A stretch of 64,000 nucleotides of DNA, taken from contig DAOORK010000001.1 in NCBI GenBank assembly GCA_035389185.1, positions 829,881 through 893,880 of the forward strand, read 5' to 3'. The translations under genes were made by a program, and so were the position numbers. Below the pieces are notes generated by a model, which had not been told where the DNA came from, searched no databases, and saw only the letters and a program-made list of their open reading frames with translations. This stretch comes from Candidatus Woesebacteria bacterium (GTDB lineage: Bacteria > Patescibacteriota > Microgenomatia > UBA1400 > MFAQ01). Of this stretch, positions 50,394 to 59,625 are shown piece by piece; the first letter of the stretch is position 1; each line of letters opens with the position of its first letter.

Positions 50394-50645
50394 ATGTATA
50401 CGACTTATGTGTTACAAAGTCTAAAAAACGGAAGACTGTATATTGGATCAACAAATAATCTTTCCAGAAGACTGAGTGAACACAATTCAGGTCAATCAAC
50501 TTATACTAAGTCAACAAGACCTTATGTTTTGGTGTATTCAGAAGAATTTTTAACTCGAACTGAAGCGGTAAGAAGGGAACTTGCTTTAAAAACTGGTCAA
50601 GGAAGGCTTTGGTTAAAAAACAATATTAGTATCACGGTCGCCTGA
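50394..50645 (+). CDS. GIY-YIG domain endonuclease (small, homing-endonuclease-like)
   Basis: YVLQSLKNGRLYIGSTNNLSRRLSEHNSG carries the GIY...YIG...R...E..N motifs. It begins 2 nt after tRNA-Pro, and its stop codon lies inside the palindrome of tRNA-like fragment 3. Confidence 0.75.
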   Translation: MYTTYVLQSLKNGRLYIGSTNNLSRRLSEHNSGQSTYTKSTRPYVLVYSEEFLTRTEAVRRELALKTGQGRLWLKNNISITVA

Positions 50646-50681
50646 GGCGACAGACAGGCGGTCCAATTCCGCCCACCCCGA
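50629..50681 (+). pseudogene. tRNA-like fragment 3: the 3' two-thirds of tRNA-Pro with the palindrome in place of the anticodon arm
   Basis: GTATCACGGTCGCCTGAGGCGACAGACAGGCGGTCCAATTCCGCCCACCCCGA. The 3' 31 nt are identical to the tRNA-Pro at 50320, and it is followed by a T-tract. Confidence 0.45.
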
Positions 50682-50763
50682 CTTTTTGGTTAGCGGTTGT
50701 GGTATGAGAGCTTGGGTATGATAGAATCCTCATACAAGATCGTTGACAATCAAAGGAGGCAGA

Positions 50764-51279
50764 ATGGAATTTTCCTTAAAAGTTGTTGAACACGAAGCAG
50801 AAAAGTATTTCCAGACAGGAAATATCTTGGTTAATGTGTTGGATTGTCTGTATGAATTCCTTGGTGGTTCTTTAAAAATCATGCGTGGTGGCATGTTGAT
50901 TGATGAGGCTTCCATTCGGATGTATGGAACTCATGGAGAGATGCCTGTCTTCCATACCAAGTTGAGTTCGAAATGGATGAAGGATAAGTTTGGGTTAATT
51001 TCCTATGAGTATCTTCGTCTCGAAGCTGATTGCTTTGAGGTTGGTGACATTCTTTTGCTGACAGTGCTTGACGAAAAGAAAGGCTTTGACCTTGAACGCG
51101 CACTTGATTGTTGCCGAGAGCTGACCGACGAAGAAAAAAGAGAGATTTGGTTGTTTGGAAAAAGTATCGGCGATACAGACAAACAAATTATTGATTCAAT
51201 CAAAGATAGCAGACAGCCTCGTGATGGAACTACCTATGAAGAATCAGATGGTCTGAAAATATATCATCGTCAGTTGTAA
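50764..51279 (+). CDS. Hypothetical protein
   Basis: Start placed at the ATG at 50764, which follows AAAGGAGG. 171 aa. A terminator hairpin follows. Confidence 0.6.
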   Translation: MEFSLKVVEHEAEKYFQTGNILVNVLDCLYEFLGGSLKIMRGGMLIDEASIRMYGTHGEMPVFHTKLSSKWMKDKFGLISYEYLRLEADCFEVGDILLLTVLDEKKGFDLERALDCCRELTDEEKREIWLFGKSIGDTDKQIIDSIKDSRQPRDGTTYEESDGLKIYHRQL

Positions 51280-51292
51280 AAAAATCCCCGCT

Positions 51293-51502
51293 TTAGGCGG
51301 GGTTTTGTTTTTTAAGAAGATAATTGATACTATCTTCACGGTCAAGTATCCCTTGAACATAATTTAGACAACGATGACATGTTGATGCTGGATACCCGTG
51401 ATGGTCTTCTTTGATATGAAAAGCAAGATCCTCTTTAAATTTGAGGAGATCCGATCTGTATTCAGCGAGCAGATCGTTGATGGTTTCTGTTTTTTCTGTC
51501 AT
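51293..51502 (-). CDS. Small hypothetical protein
   Basis: 70 aa from the ATG at 51502, with AAGGA 7 nt upstream. It has HxxxxH and CxxC motifs (HHGYPASTCHRC). Confidence 0.45.
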   Translation of the reverse strand: MTEKTETINDLLAEYRSDLLKFKEDLAFHIKEDHHGYPASTCHRCLNYVQGILDREDSINYLLKKQNPA

Positions 51503-51529
51503 TTTATCGTCCTTGGATATCAAATTTGT

Positions 51530-51596
51530 GCTCGAGTGCTCTGGGCAGAGTCGAACTGCCGACCTGTCGCCTAAGGCGACTGCTCTATCAATTTAT
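51530..51596 (-). pseudogene. Truncated tRNA-Arg-like copy with the GTCGCCTAAGGCGAC palindrome replacing the anticodon arm
   Basis: It shares GATAGAGCAG and CAGGTCGGCAGTTCGACTCTGCCCA with the adjacent tRNA-Arg. The 5' acceptor and D-stem are missing. Confidence 0.45.
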
Positions 51597-51673
51597 TGGT
51601 GAGGTTGGGCAGAGTCGAACTGCCGACCTGCTCGTTAGGAGTGAGCTGCTCTATCCATCTGAGCTACAACCTC
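51597..51673 (-). tRNA. tRNA-Arg (anticodon CCU), CCA encoded
   Basis: Acceptor GAGGUUG/CAACCUC-A-CCA, D-arm GCUCAGAUGGAUAGAGC, anticodon loop CUCCUAA, T-arm GGCAG-UUCGACU-CUGCC. Confidence 0.75.
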
Positions 51674-51716
51674 AATCAGTATATTTTACATCGGAGCTTG
51701 TGATATTATTGCCCAA

Positions 51717-52391
51717 ATGAGGAAGGAGTACGATCTGATCAACGAGCTCGGGCCAAGGAATTGGCTGGATACTGTGGCCGGAGAGGCAGTTTTTTTGGGT
51801 TATCAGTTGAGGACGCCTGAGCTGTCGGCAAAAGGTACCGCTTTGGCAAAGCTGATTAGGGAGATCCGGTTTGATGATGATGCCTTTTTTGTTGTGCAGT
51901 GCACAGGGATTGCTTTGCAGGAGGAGATTGCCCAGGTGAAGAAAAAAGTAAAAGAAACAGTATTTATAGATGATATCTATACCGGAAAAGAGAAAAAAGA
52001 GGCCTTATTGGATTGGGAGTATGACTTGATAATGGTTGACGGAAGATATCAGATACAGATGATACTGCCGGTTTATTATGACAAAGCGATATTAAATGAC
52101 GAAAGGAAACAGAGATCAGAGAAATGGGTGAGATCGAAGTTGGGAGAGATATGTCTTGAGAACTGTCGAGTAGAAGAAGTTCTAACGCAGTACGAATCAC
52201 AGATCTTCACATATACTAAGTATTTCGACGAGAAGGAAAACATGCGGTACGAAACAGTCGATTTTAATCACGAGGGTAGTCCCGCTCGGGGATGGATGGA
52301 GTATTTTTTCTTCGACGATTGGAACCAAGCTTGTGAGGCTTGGTCGGGGATTAAAGAAGTTTATTTTAGATCGAAGGAGATCAGATTGTAG
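51717..52391 (+). CDS. Hypothetical protein (probably a leaderless mRNA)
   Basis: 224 aa. A TATTAT box lies 7 nt upstream of the ATG. The 3' end overlaps the convergent gene 52361..53680. Confidence 0.6.
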   Translation: MRKEYDLINELGPRNWLDTVAGEAVFLGYQLRTPELSAKGTALAKLIREIRFDDDAFFVVQCTGIALQEEIAQVKKKVKETVFIDDIYTGKEKKEALLDWEYDLIMVDGRYQIQMILPVYYDKAILNDERKQRSEKWVRSKLGEICLENCRVEEVLTQYESQIFTYTKYFDEKENMRYETVDFNHEGSPARGWMEYFFFDDWNQACEAWSGIKEVYFRSKEIRL

Positions 52392-53680
52392 GTGTCGACT
52401 TTTTGATTGATGTTGGTGAGGATGATGAGGCGATTACCATCCGGACTGCTGACCGCAAAACCTTCTTTGGGTTGAACGTAGGTGATGTTAGTCATGTTGA
52501 GACCGTCGTAGTCGGCAATATTGACACCGTCCGCGTTAGTGACGATGATCTGGGTAGAGTTACTATACCAAGAGAGGTTTCCGACGAGGTAACTTTCTGA
52601 CTGGGCCTTGAGCTGTTTGAGGGTAGTGATGTCGGCTGATGGAGTAGCTTCGGCGACGGTGATGAGAGTCTTTTGAAGGGTAGCGGAGCCGGAAGCGAAG
52701 TGTAGCTGGTAGTTGGTACCTTCTTTGGTATCAAAGAGATAGGTGACATCTTTCTTGAGATTGCGGGTTTCCGGAGTAGAGTTGATGTTGGGTAAGGTTT
52801 TGCCAATCTCGTTTTCAGGAAGTGTGGCATCGATAGTGGCCGTGTAAAAAACCTTTTCCTTGTCGGGAGAGAAGTAAACGTTTTTGGCTTTTTCAGTGAG
52901 GATATCAACCATATAGCTGGGATAAAGAGTGAGGATTGGCTTGTTTATTTTGGCGTACTGATCTTGCCAAGTATTAATAATTGAAGGCAGACGAAGAGTT
53001 ACATCGCTAATCGACTTGATATTGTTCATGTTTTTGGCGGAAAGAAGCATGGCCGAGACAATTTTCTCGGTATTTTTTGTTTTTTCAGTGAAAACAGCCA
53101 AGATTTGGGAGCTGTCTGGTGACCAAATGAGAAGGGCTTTGGTGAAGTCTTTGGTGGTGTTGTCGGTGATCTGGGTGGTTTGAGAAGAGTTTAGAAGACT
53201 ACCGGAGAAAGAGTGAACATAAATACCGTTGGCAGTGTCTACAGGGGAGTCTGTCAGGACATAGGCCATCTTGGAACCATCGGCGTTAATAGCGGCGTTG
53301 CCTGCTTGGTAGAAAGTGAGAGGATAAGTGGCAGTAATAATGGGGAAAAGACGAGCGTTGGCGTTGCTGACTAACTCAGACTTGACGGGGACGACCTTGG
53401 TCCATGGATGAAAGCCGTCTTTTTCGATCTTTATGGTGTAGTTTGAGGGATAAAGATATAGTTTGTCATCGGTAACGGTGGTTAGTTTGCCATCGATCAT
53501 GACTCGAGCTGATTGAGGATAAGAAGTGACATTGAGAAGTCCTGACCCTTGTAGAGATCCCTCTTTGATGTTTGGGCGGTAACCTTTGGCGTAGAGAATA
53601 CCGGCAGTGGTACCTATGGCAAGGAAAAGGACAATGAGAATGTTAATAATTATGCGTTTAGCTTTGGGGTGTTTGGTCAT
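52361..53680 (-). CDS. Membrane-anchored PEGA-domain / beta-propeller-like protein
   Basis: N-terminal TM helix, a PEGA-like segment (SYPQSARVMIDGKLTTVTDDKLYLYPSNYTIKIEKDGFHPW), then a long beta-rich region. The start is set to the ATG at 53680. Confidence 0.65.
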   Translation of the reverse strand: MTKHPKAKRIIINILIVLFLAIGTTAGILYAKGYRPNIKEGSLQGSGLLNVTSYPQSARVMIDGKLTTVTDDKLYLYPSNYTIKIEKDGFHPWTKVVPVKSELVSNANARLFPIITATYPLTFYQAGNAAINADGSKMAYVLTDSPVDTANGIYVHSFSGSLLNSSQTTQITDNTTKDFTKALLIWSPDSSQILAVFTEKTKNTEKIVSAMLLSAKNMNNIKSISDVTLRLPSIINTWQDQYAKINKPILTLYPSYMVDILTEKAKNVYFSPDKEKVFYTATIDATLPENEIGKTLPNINSTPETRNLKKDVTYLFDTKEGTNYQLHFASGSATLQKTLITVAEATPSADITTLKQLKAQSESYLVGNLSWYSNSTQIIVTNADGVNIADYDGLNMTNITYVQPKEGFAVSSPDGNRLIILTNINQKVDTYNLISFDLK

Positions 53681-53762
53681 CAATTATCTATTTTACCAGC
53701 AAAAAGTCAGCAGTTCCATTTAAGGACACTATATATATGGAACTCTGGTACAATTTGACCAA

Positions 53763-54770
53763 ATGTCATTTTCGTTTTCGAAAAAAATTGCAATTGATCT
53801 GGGAACAGCCAACAGTTTAGTTTATGTTGTGGGTGAGGGAGTAGTGTTGGAAGAGCCGACCGTGGTCGCGGTATCTTTGACGGATGGAAAGGTTCTGGCT
53901 GTCGGAAAAGATGCTCAAAGTATGTTGGGGAGGACGCCAGGAAACATAAAGGCGAGTAAACCGATGAGGGAAGGTGTGATAGCCGATTATGCGGTGACTG
54001 AAGCCATGTTGAAATACTTTTTGCGTAAAGTCGGGGCATATGGATTGGTGAAGCCGGAAGTAATGATATGTGTACCTGCAGGAGTAACTCAAGTAGAACG
54101 AAGAGCGGTATTAGGTGCGGCGATGGAAGCCGGAGCTCGAAATGCATATCTTATTGAAGAACCATTAGCAGCGGCGATTGGTGCAGGAATACCAATATCC
54201 GAACCATCTGGAAACATGATTTTAGATATGGGTGGCGGTGCTGCCGAGGCAGCAGTGATTTCATTAGGCGGAGTGGTTACCTTTAAGAGTGTGAGAGTGG
54301 CAGGTAATAAAATTGATGAAGCCATTATGAGATGGGCCAGAAGAAAACACAATTTAGTGATCGGCGACCAAACTGCAGAACAGATCAAAATAAAGATTGG
54401 TTCAGCAATGCCTGTGTCCAAGGAGGAAATAATGGAGGTAACAGGACGGGATAGTATTGCCGGTTTGCCACGACAGGTCACAATCTCATCAACAGACGTT
54501 TTTGAGGCCATGAGAGAGCCTTTGGGAAAAATAATTCAGATGCTGAAATCGGTAATGGAAGAAGTACCTCCAGAGCTGTCAAGCGATATTATTGACAAAG
54601 GGATCGTAATGAGTGGGGGAACGGCTATGCTTCGAGGATTTGACCGTTTGATTACTACTGAAACAGGCGTTCCGGCCTTTGTGGCAGAAGATCCGCAAAG
54701 GTGTGTAATAAAAGGTATAGGGATAGCAATTGAGAATATAGATGTTTATAGGGGTAGCCTACGACGTTAA
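53763..54770 (+). CDS. mreB: Rod shape-determining protein MreB
   Basis: IAIDLGTANSLVYV...EPTVVAV, plus the actin-fold phosphate 2 and adenosine motifs (DMGGGAAEAAVISLGG; VMSGGTAMLRGFDRL). A TGGTACAAT box lies 9 nt upstream of the ATG. Confidence 0.9.
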   Translation: MSFSFSKKIAIDLGTANSLVYVVGEGVVLEEPTVVAVSLTDGKVLAVGKDAQSMLGRTPGNIKASKPMREGVIADYAVTEAMLKYFLRKVGAYGLVKPEVMICVPAGVTQVERRAVLGAAMEAGARNAYLIEEPLAAAIGAGIPISEPSGNMILDMGGGAAEAAVISLGGVVTFKSVRVAGNKIDEAIMRWARRKHNLVIGDQTAEQIKIKIGSAMPVSKEEIMEVTGRDSIAGLPRQVTISSTDVFEAMREPLGKIIQMLKSVMEEVPPELSSDIIDKGIVMSGGTAMLRGFDRLITTETGVPAFVAEDPQRCVIKGIGIAIENIDVYRGSLRR

Positions 54771-56193
54771 TATCTAAATTACTTCTGCATCAATCCTTTT
54801 TATTTATCTTGTCAGATTTTGATTTAGAGTGCTAATTTTGTATTTAGGTTCAATAACTAGTTTTGGAATATTATTTGTATAGGGTAATCACGATTGATGA
54901 TACATGTATATAGTATAAAAATAGAGGAAGTCAAAAAAAAATAATTTTTTGGAAAATATTGATGGAGATATGAGACATTGTTTGTTGTTAGAAACAGATA
55001 TATAAAATAATGAATTTACTTTATTTTGTTTTCGACATAGGAAATGTCAGTTGTTTGGTCTTTTGCTATTTTTCACAAAGATATCGATACCCCCTAGATA
55101 TTATCTATTTATAAAAATATTTCTTTTGGATATACCCATAGGTAGGGGTATCTGTGCATTGAGATTTTTAAATAGTTCTCTATCGTGTACCCGGGGTGGG
55201 GTATGGTTTGAAATGAGAAATGTTCGTTTGTGATTGCTAGTTTTTAACAATGGTTATTTTGTCAGGGGGTATGGGGGTATACCATTTCGATGGTAGAGGT
55301 TAATGAAAGATATCGTTGATTTTTTAAAATAATCAATATATTAGCTTTCATATGTAATATATGATACAAAATAAGGTCTTTGATATTTGTATTTAAGGCT
55401 TGACAAGTGTTTTTAGAGCGCTATCTAGTTCTATTTGGGCCAGTAAATATTGGGTTTGCGTTCATAACGGTCTTTTGACTTTTAAACAATGTCGACGGCT
55501 GTTTGCTTTGATACTTTGACAATAAAAGGCTTTGTCTTTGAAATGTAATTTTGGCCAATAGAGAAGATCATCTTAATAGTTATGAAGATAAGGGATCAAG
55601 TCAGAAAGTGATTGACTTTATATATTTTTCCGGATTTGAATATATTGTGAAAAACGAGATTTTTATATATTTTTAGGTTGAACAAACTATATCAAGCGAT
55701 TTGGATATATAAGTCTAAATATGATTATTTTTGTCTAAAAAAACAAGAGTTTATATAAATATTTGAGAGGATTAGAATAAGTTAATATAAGACATAATTA
55801 TTTATATCATATATTTGATACATTCATTTATTTGAGCATAAAAATAGAGGTGAAAAAGTATACAATAATTTACGAAAGGAATCACCTATGACCGATTTGA
55901 ATAGAGCCAAATAACTATTAATATGATAAAAATTGACCGTATAACATATAAGATAAGAGAAGATACCTTATATATATTCAATTTTTTATGAATTCCGATA
56001 AAATTTTCAAGTTTGATGTTTTCACTGAGCATTTTTTTGACCGAAATTTACTCAATTTAACATCATGAAGGCATAGAAAGGGTTGATACAGAGGCCCAAA
56101 ATAAAAAAACTGCCTGTTTGGCAGTCTACTTTTCTAAGTGATAACGTTTTATGGATTTAGGCACGATTTTGAGGAAGCATTTTTGAATGAATC
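54771..56193. other. 1.4-kb AT-rich gene-free region with iteron-like GGGGTAT / ATACCCC repeats
   Basis: No ORF of 60 aa or more. The motif recurs at 55085 (ATACCCCC), 55132-55155 (ATACCCATAGGTAGGGGTAT, inverted pair), 55196 (GGGGTATGG) and 55268-55285 (GGGGGTATGGGGGTATACC). There is a terminator-like hairpin at ~56108-56135. Confidence 0.5.
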
Positions 56194-56235
56194 TTGTATG
56201 GTTTATTTTTACTGTGTGCCTGCTACAATACTATC

Positions 56236-57036
56236 ATGAGATCTGACGTTTTGGGCCTTCCGGTGGACGTTTTAAATAGACGGGATGTGAGTGAAAAAAT
56301 AAGTAAATGGATTGAGAATGACAATGATTTGAAGTTACTTATTACTGCGTATAGTGAATTTTTTGTAAAAGCTCAAAGTGATAAGGAGTTTTTTGAAGTC
56401 ATGAAGTCGGCTGATATGGTGACGCCTGATGGTGTGTCAGTTTTGGCGGCAGTGAGTTATCTTCGCCAAGCAAAAGGAAGAACGTTATTGGGCAGATTGG
56501 CTTGGGGATTGAAAACCGGCGGAGATATCTTGTCTGGGAAGGTGGGAGAAACAGTAACCGGGGTATGGTTATTTGAAGAACTTACAAAAATGGCGGCTGA
56601 AAGAGACTGGAAGGTATTTCTGCTTGGTGGATGGGGTGGAGTGAGCGAGAGAGTGGCTAAAAGGCTTCTAAAACGGTTTCCAGGACTAAAAGTGGCCTAT
56701 GACTCAGGCGAAGAGAGAGTTGGGACGGATGAGAAGAAAAACAGAGAGGTAATAGACAAGATAAATAAATTTCGTCCAGATATTTTGTTTGTGTCTTACA
56801 ACCCGATTAAACAAGAGAAATGGTTAGCTAAGCACCGCCACGAATTGAAAGTAAAAATAGGTATTGGAGTTGGTGGGACTTATAACGAATATATGGGGGA
56901 GTTCAAGAAGGCTCCACGATGGATGGAAAAGATGGGTTTGAAGTGGTTGTGGAGGGTATGGGTCGAACCAAAGAGGTTTGGTCGGATAATGAAGGCAGTG
57001 TTTGTTTTCCCTTGGTTGGTGTTTCGAAATTCATGA
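56236..57036 (+). CDS. WecB/TagA/CpsF-family glycosyltransferase
   Basis: MVTPDGVSVLAAV...FLLGGWGGVSERVAKRL...LFVSYNPIKQEKWLAKH...IGIGVGGTYNEYMGE matches Glyco_tran_WecB. The start is the ATG at 56236, 7 nt after a TACAAT box (leaderless-like). Confidence 0.75.
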   Translation: MRSDVLGLPVDVLNRRDVSEKISKWIENDNDLKLLITAYSEFFVKAQSDKEFFEVMKSADMVTPDGVSVLAAVSYLRQAKGRTLLGRLAWGLKTGGDILSGKVGETVTGVWLFEELTKMAAERDWKVFLLGGWGGVSERVAKRLLKRFPGLKVAYDSGEERVGTDEKKNREVIDKINKFRPDILFVSYNPIKQEKWLAKHRHELKVKIGIGVGGTYNEYMGEFKKAPRWMEKMGLKWLWRVWVEPKRFGRIMKAVFVFPWLVFRNS

Positions 57037-57045
57037 GGGTAATTG

Positions 57046-57074
57046 ACTTGCAAAACTTATAGTGATAAAATCCG
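57046..57074 (+). promoter_or_regulatory. Sigma70-like promoter TTGACT-17-TAAAAT; its 15-nt block TTGACTTGCAAAACT is shared with 63553
   Basis: TTGACTTGCAAAACTTATAGTGATAAAAT lies upstream of CDS 57153. Confidence 0.4.
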
Positions 57075-57152
57075 CGTTACTTTGACCTTTCTTCTGGGAA
57101 AATCCCAGGTTGGGGTCATAGGACTTTGACAAACCCTATGTAGGAGGTAAAG

Positions 57153-58553
57153 TTGAAAGGAACGTTGAGAACAGTAAGTGCTGTCTTGATGATCGTGGCA
57201 GTGTTGTTTGTATCAATTAACGCCACGATGGCTCAAGCAAAACCGGTCGGATGTCACGAGACGCCTAGTGCTGATTGTGACGGCTGGTCTATTGATCTGA
57301 CGGGTCCCGGAGACGGCTGGACTGTACAGTCTGTCGTTGGTTCCTTGTCTGGAAGCTGGGCACCGGGTGAGACATATCATTCCTATTCGTTGACAGTTAC
57401 TTGGGAGAAAGTTTTCCCTAGTTACACCGAGACGATTAATCGTGGTCACCAAGGGAATGTTTGGTTTGACTGTCCGGAAGGCTACACCGTTGGGTCAAAC
57501 ACGACAAAATGTGTTAGGACGGTTCCCGAAAGGACCGAGACTCAGGTCTCGAACTTCTCTGGATCAATCGACAAACCAAGTGATTGTGTGGTGACACCGG
57601 TGTGCGGTAACAGTGTTGTTGAAGCTCCTGAAGCTTGCGACGATGGTAATACTGTCGATGGTGATGGTTGTAGCGCCACTTGTACCGTGGAAGCCAGAAA
57701 GGTCTACGTATGCAAATACGTAGGCACTCCACACTTTGACGAACGCTTGCAGGACGGGCAAAACCCGATCGAAGTGTCCGTCAATGCTATCCCGGGCGAC
57801 GCAACGGTAGGTTCATATTTTAACGATGCTCATGGACAGAGTTTTGTGCTTGGGTTCGTCCCAATGGTGCCAGAGCCAACTCGAGCTGACTGTCCTTCTC
57901 CCGATGAACCTGATCTTTGTGATGTGACTACACGTGCTTATGGCACTTGGTCAGACTGGGTTGTAAACCCGGCAAATACTGATCAGGAGATGCGGACTCA
58001 GCCGTATACAGACTATGATGCGACTGAAACAGAGCATGTTTGTGGTGCCGGTATTAGTACTGAGTATCGTGAGCGGACAAAATGTGTCTACCAGACTCCG
58101 GTGTATGGAGATTGGTCAGAGTGGGTCTTGGACGAGACGACTGGAATTGAATCCAGAAGCCAGTTGATGACTATCTTTGACTCGATCGACATGACTACAG
58201 TTTGTTCTACAGACACAAACACCGAAACTCGCGAAGTCGACAAACTGCCATACTGTTATGAAGGGAAAACAGAATACTACTACCCCGGAACTCAGCCCGC
58301 AGAAGCCACCGAAGGTGAATGTCCTGTGATCGAAAACGTCACGATCTGTTACAAGGGCACTACCATGACGGTTCCTGAAAATACTCTGGATAAATATCCT
58401 GGGTATGATAAGGGCGCCTGTCCGGTGATCGAAAAAACTCCCGAACCGCCCGCCCAGAATACTGGAGCAGGTGGCTTCCCCTTGAGGGAACTGGGCTATG
58501 CCCTGGCGGCAGTTGCTTTGATTATTTTTGGGTTATCGTTCTTGAAGCGGTAA
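57153..58553 (+). CDS. Secreted Cys-rich repeat protein with a C-terminal TM anchor (TTG start)
   Basis: Signal peptide. It contains CGNSVVEAPEACDDGNTVDGDGCSATC (a Myxococcus-type cysteine-rich repeat). The C-terminus is ...TPEPPAQNTGAGGFPLRELGYALAAVALIIFGLSFLKR, a PEP-like motif followed by a TM helix and a basic tail. Confidence 0.65.
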   Translation: MKGTLRTVSAVLMIVAVLFVSINATMAQAKPVGCHETPSADCDGWSIDLTGPGDGWTVQSVVGSLSGSWAPGETYHSYSLTVTWEKVFPSYTETINRGHQGNVWFDCPEGYTVGSNTTKCVRTVPERTETQVSNFSGSIDKPSDCVVTPVCGNSVVEAPEACDDGNTVDGDGCSATCTVEARKVYVCKYVGTPHFDERLQDGQNPIEVSVNAIPGDATVGSYFNDAHGQSFVLGFVPMVPEPTRADCPSPDEPDLCDVTTRAYGTWSDWVVNPANTDQEMRTQPYTDYDATETEHVCGAGISTEYRERTKCVYQTPVYGDWSEWVLDETTGIESRSQLMTIFDSIDMTTVCSTDTNTETREVDKLPYCYEGKTEYYYPGTQPAEATEGECPVIENVTICYKGTTMTVPENTLDKYPGYDKGACPVIEKTPEPPAQNTGAGGFPLRELGYALAAVALIIFGLSFLKR

Positions 58554-58620
58554 CTTACATTTGAAACTGGGTTGGGGTAAAACCCAACCCTTTTTTTATT
58601 TTTATTTAGGAGGTTGAAGC

Positions 58621-59547
58621 GTGAAAAAGACGTTAGGGGTCGTGTTTGTTGTTTTGGGTTTGGCGATTTTGTTTTATCTATTATTTTCATTGAGTTCTCA
58701 GTACGGAGGAGAGATAGCAGTAGTCCAGACATACAAGACGCTCATGTCTATTTCCTCAAACACAGAGGGAGTTCGCGATTTACCAGTTGTGACTACACCA
58801 GTGCAAACTGTAATACCAACGGTCGAACCAACCCCGGAAAGAGTGATGGTTGTCACCAATGGATTGAACTTTGCCAACACCATCGATTTGTCTTCGGGTG
58901 ATCCGGTGGCTTTGATATTGGAATTGCCAAATGGAAATCTACTCAAAACCAACTGGGCAGAAACTAAAAAGTACGAGTCAGATGATCCTGAAGGAGTGTT
59001 TTCTCCTCTAGCGGGTACGATCTATTCGTATGAAAGTGATGTGGCTACAACTTGGGCTCATTCGGGAGTTATCAGCGGGGATATATTGCTGAACATCCCC
59101 GACAAGACCTTTTTTGCAACTGATCTTGATTTGTTTGTGAGAAAAGACGAAAACAATCGAGTGGTAACACTGGCGGATGCCGAGGCTCAAGCAAATACTC
59201 TAGTTGGCAGTACGGCATATCTTTGCCAGATGCCGAGTGGTGAAGTAAAAAATCTAGCAGACTTTGAGGGTGACGAGTGCCTGGGACAGAAACTGGAACT
59301 TGAGATAGTAGCCTTTGCCATTGTGCCTCATGAGATGATCTTGGAGTACGATGAGGCGAATATGTATATCAATCAGTGGATGAAAGAAAAGTTTCCTGGT
59401 ACCGGTTTTGAACAGCTTACCAAAGAAAACGGCTGGATTTTACGTTTTTGTGTGGGTAAGTTTGCCGATCAAACCTCTGATGGTACTCCTTCGTATCTAT
59501 ATAACAGGGGAGTGATTGGGTTTCGCGTTAAGGATAGGAGTAGCTAA
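58621..59547 (+). CDS. Membrane-anchored hypothetical protein (GTG start)
   Basis: The RBS AGGAGG precedes GTG. N-terminal signal anchor; 308 aa; no recognisable catalytic motif. Confidence 0.6.
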   Translation: MKKTLGVVFVVLGLAILFYLLFSLSSQYGGEIAVVQTYKTLMSISSNTEGVRDLPVVTTPVQTVIPTVEPTPERVMVVTNGLNFANTIDLSSGDPVALILELPNGNLLKTNWAETKKYESDDPEGVFSPLAGTIYSYESDVATTWAHSGVISGDILLNIPDKTFFATDLDLFVRKDENNRVVTLADAEAQANTLVGSTAYLCQMPSGEVKNLADFEGDECLGQKLELEIVAFAIVPHEMILEYDEANMYINQWMKEKFPGTGFEQLTKENGWILRFCVGKFADQTSDGTPSYLYNRGVIGFRVKDRSS

Positions 59548-59625
59548 TAACTACTCCTTTTTTTTATGTCAAAATTGATCTTTCTGATACAATACAGGCA
59601 AAGAACTTTAATATTAGGAGGATGA

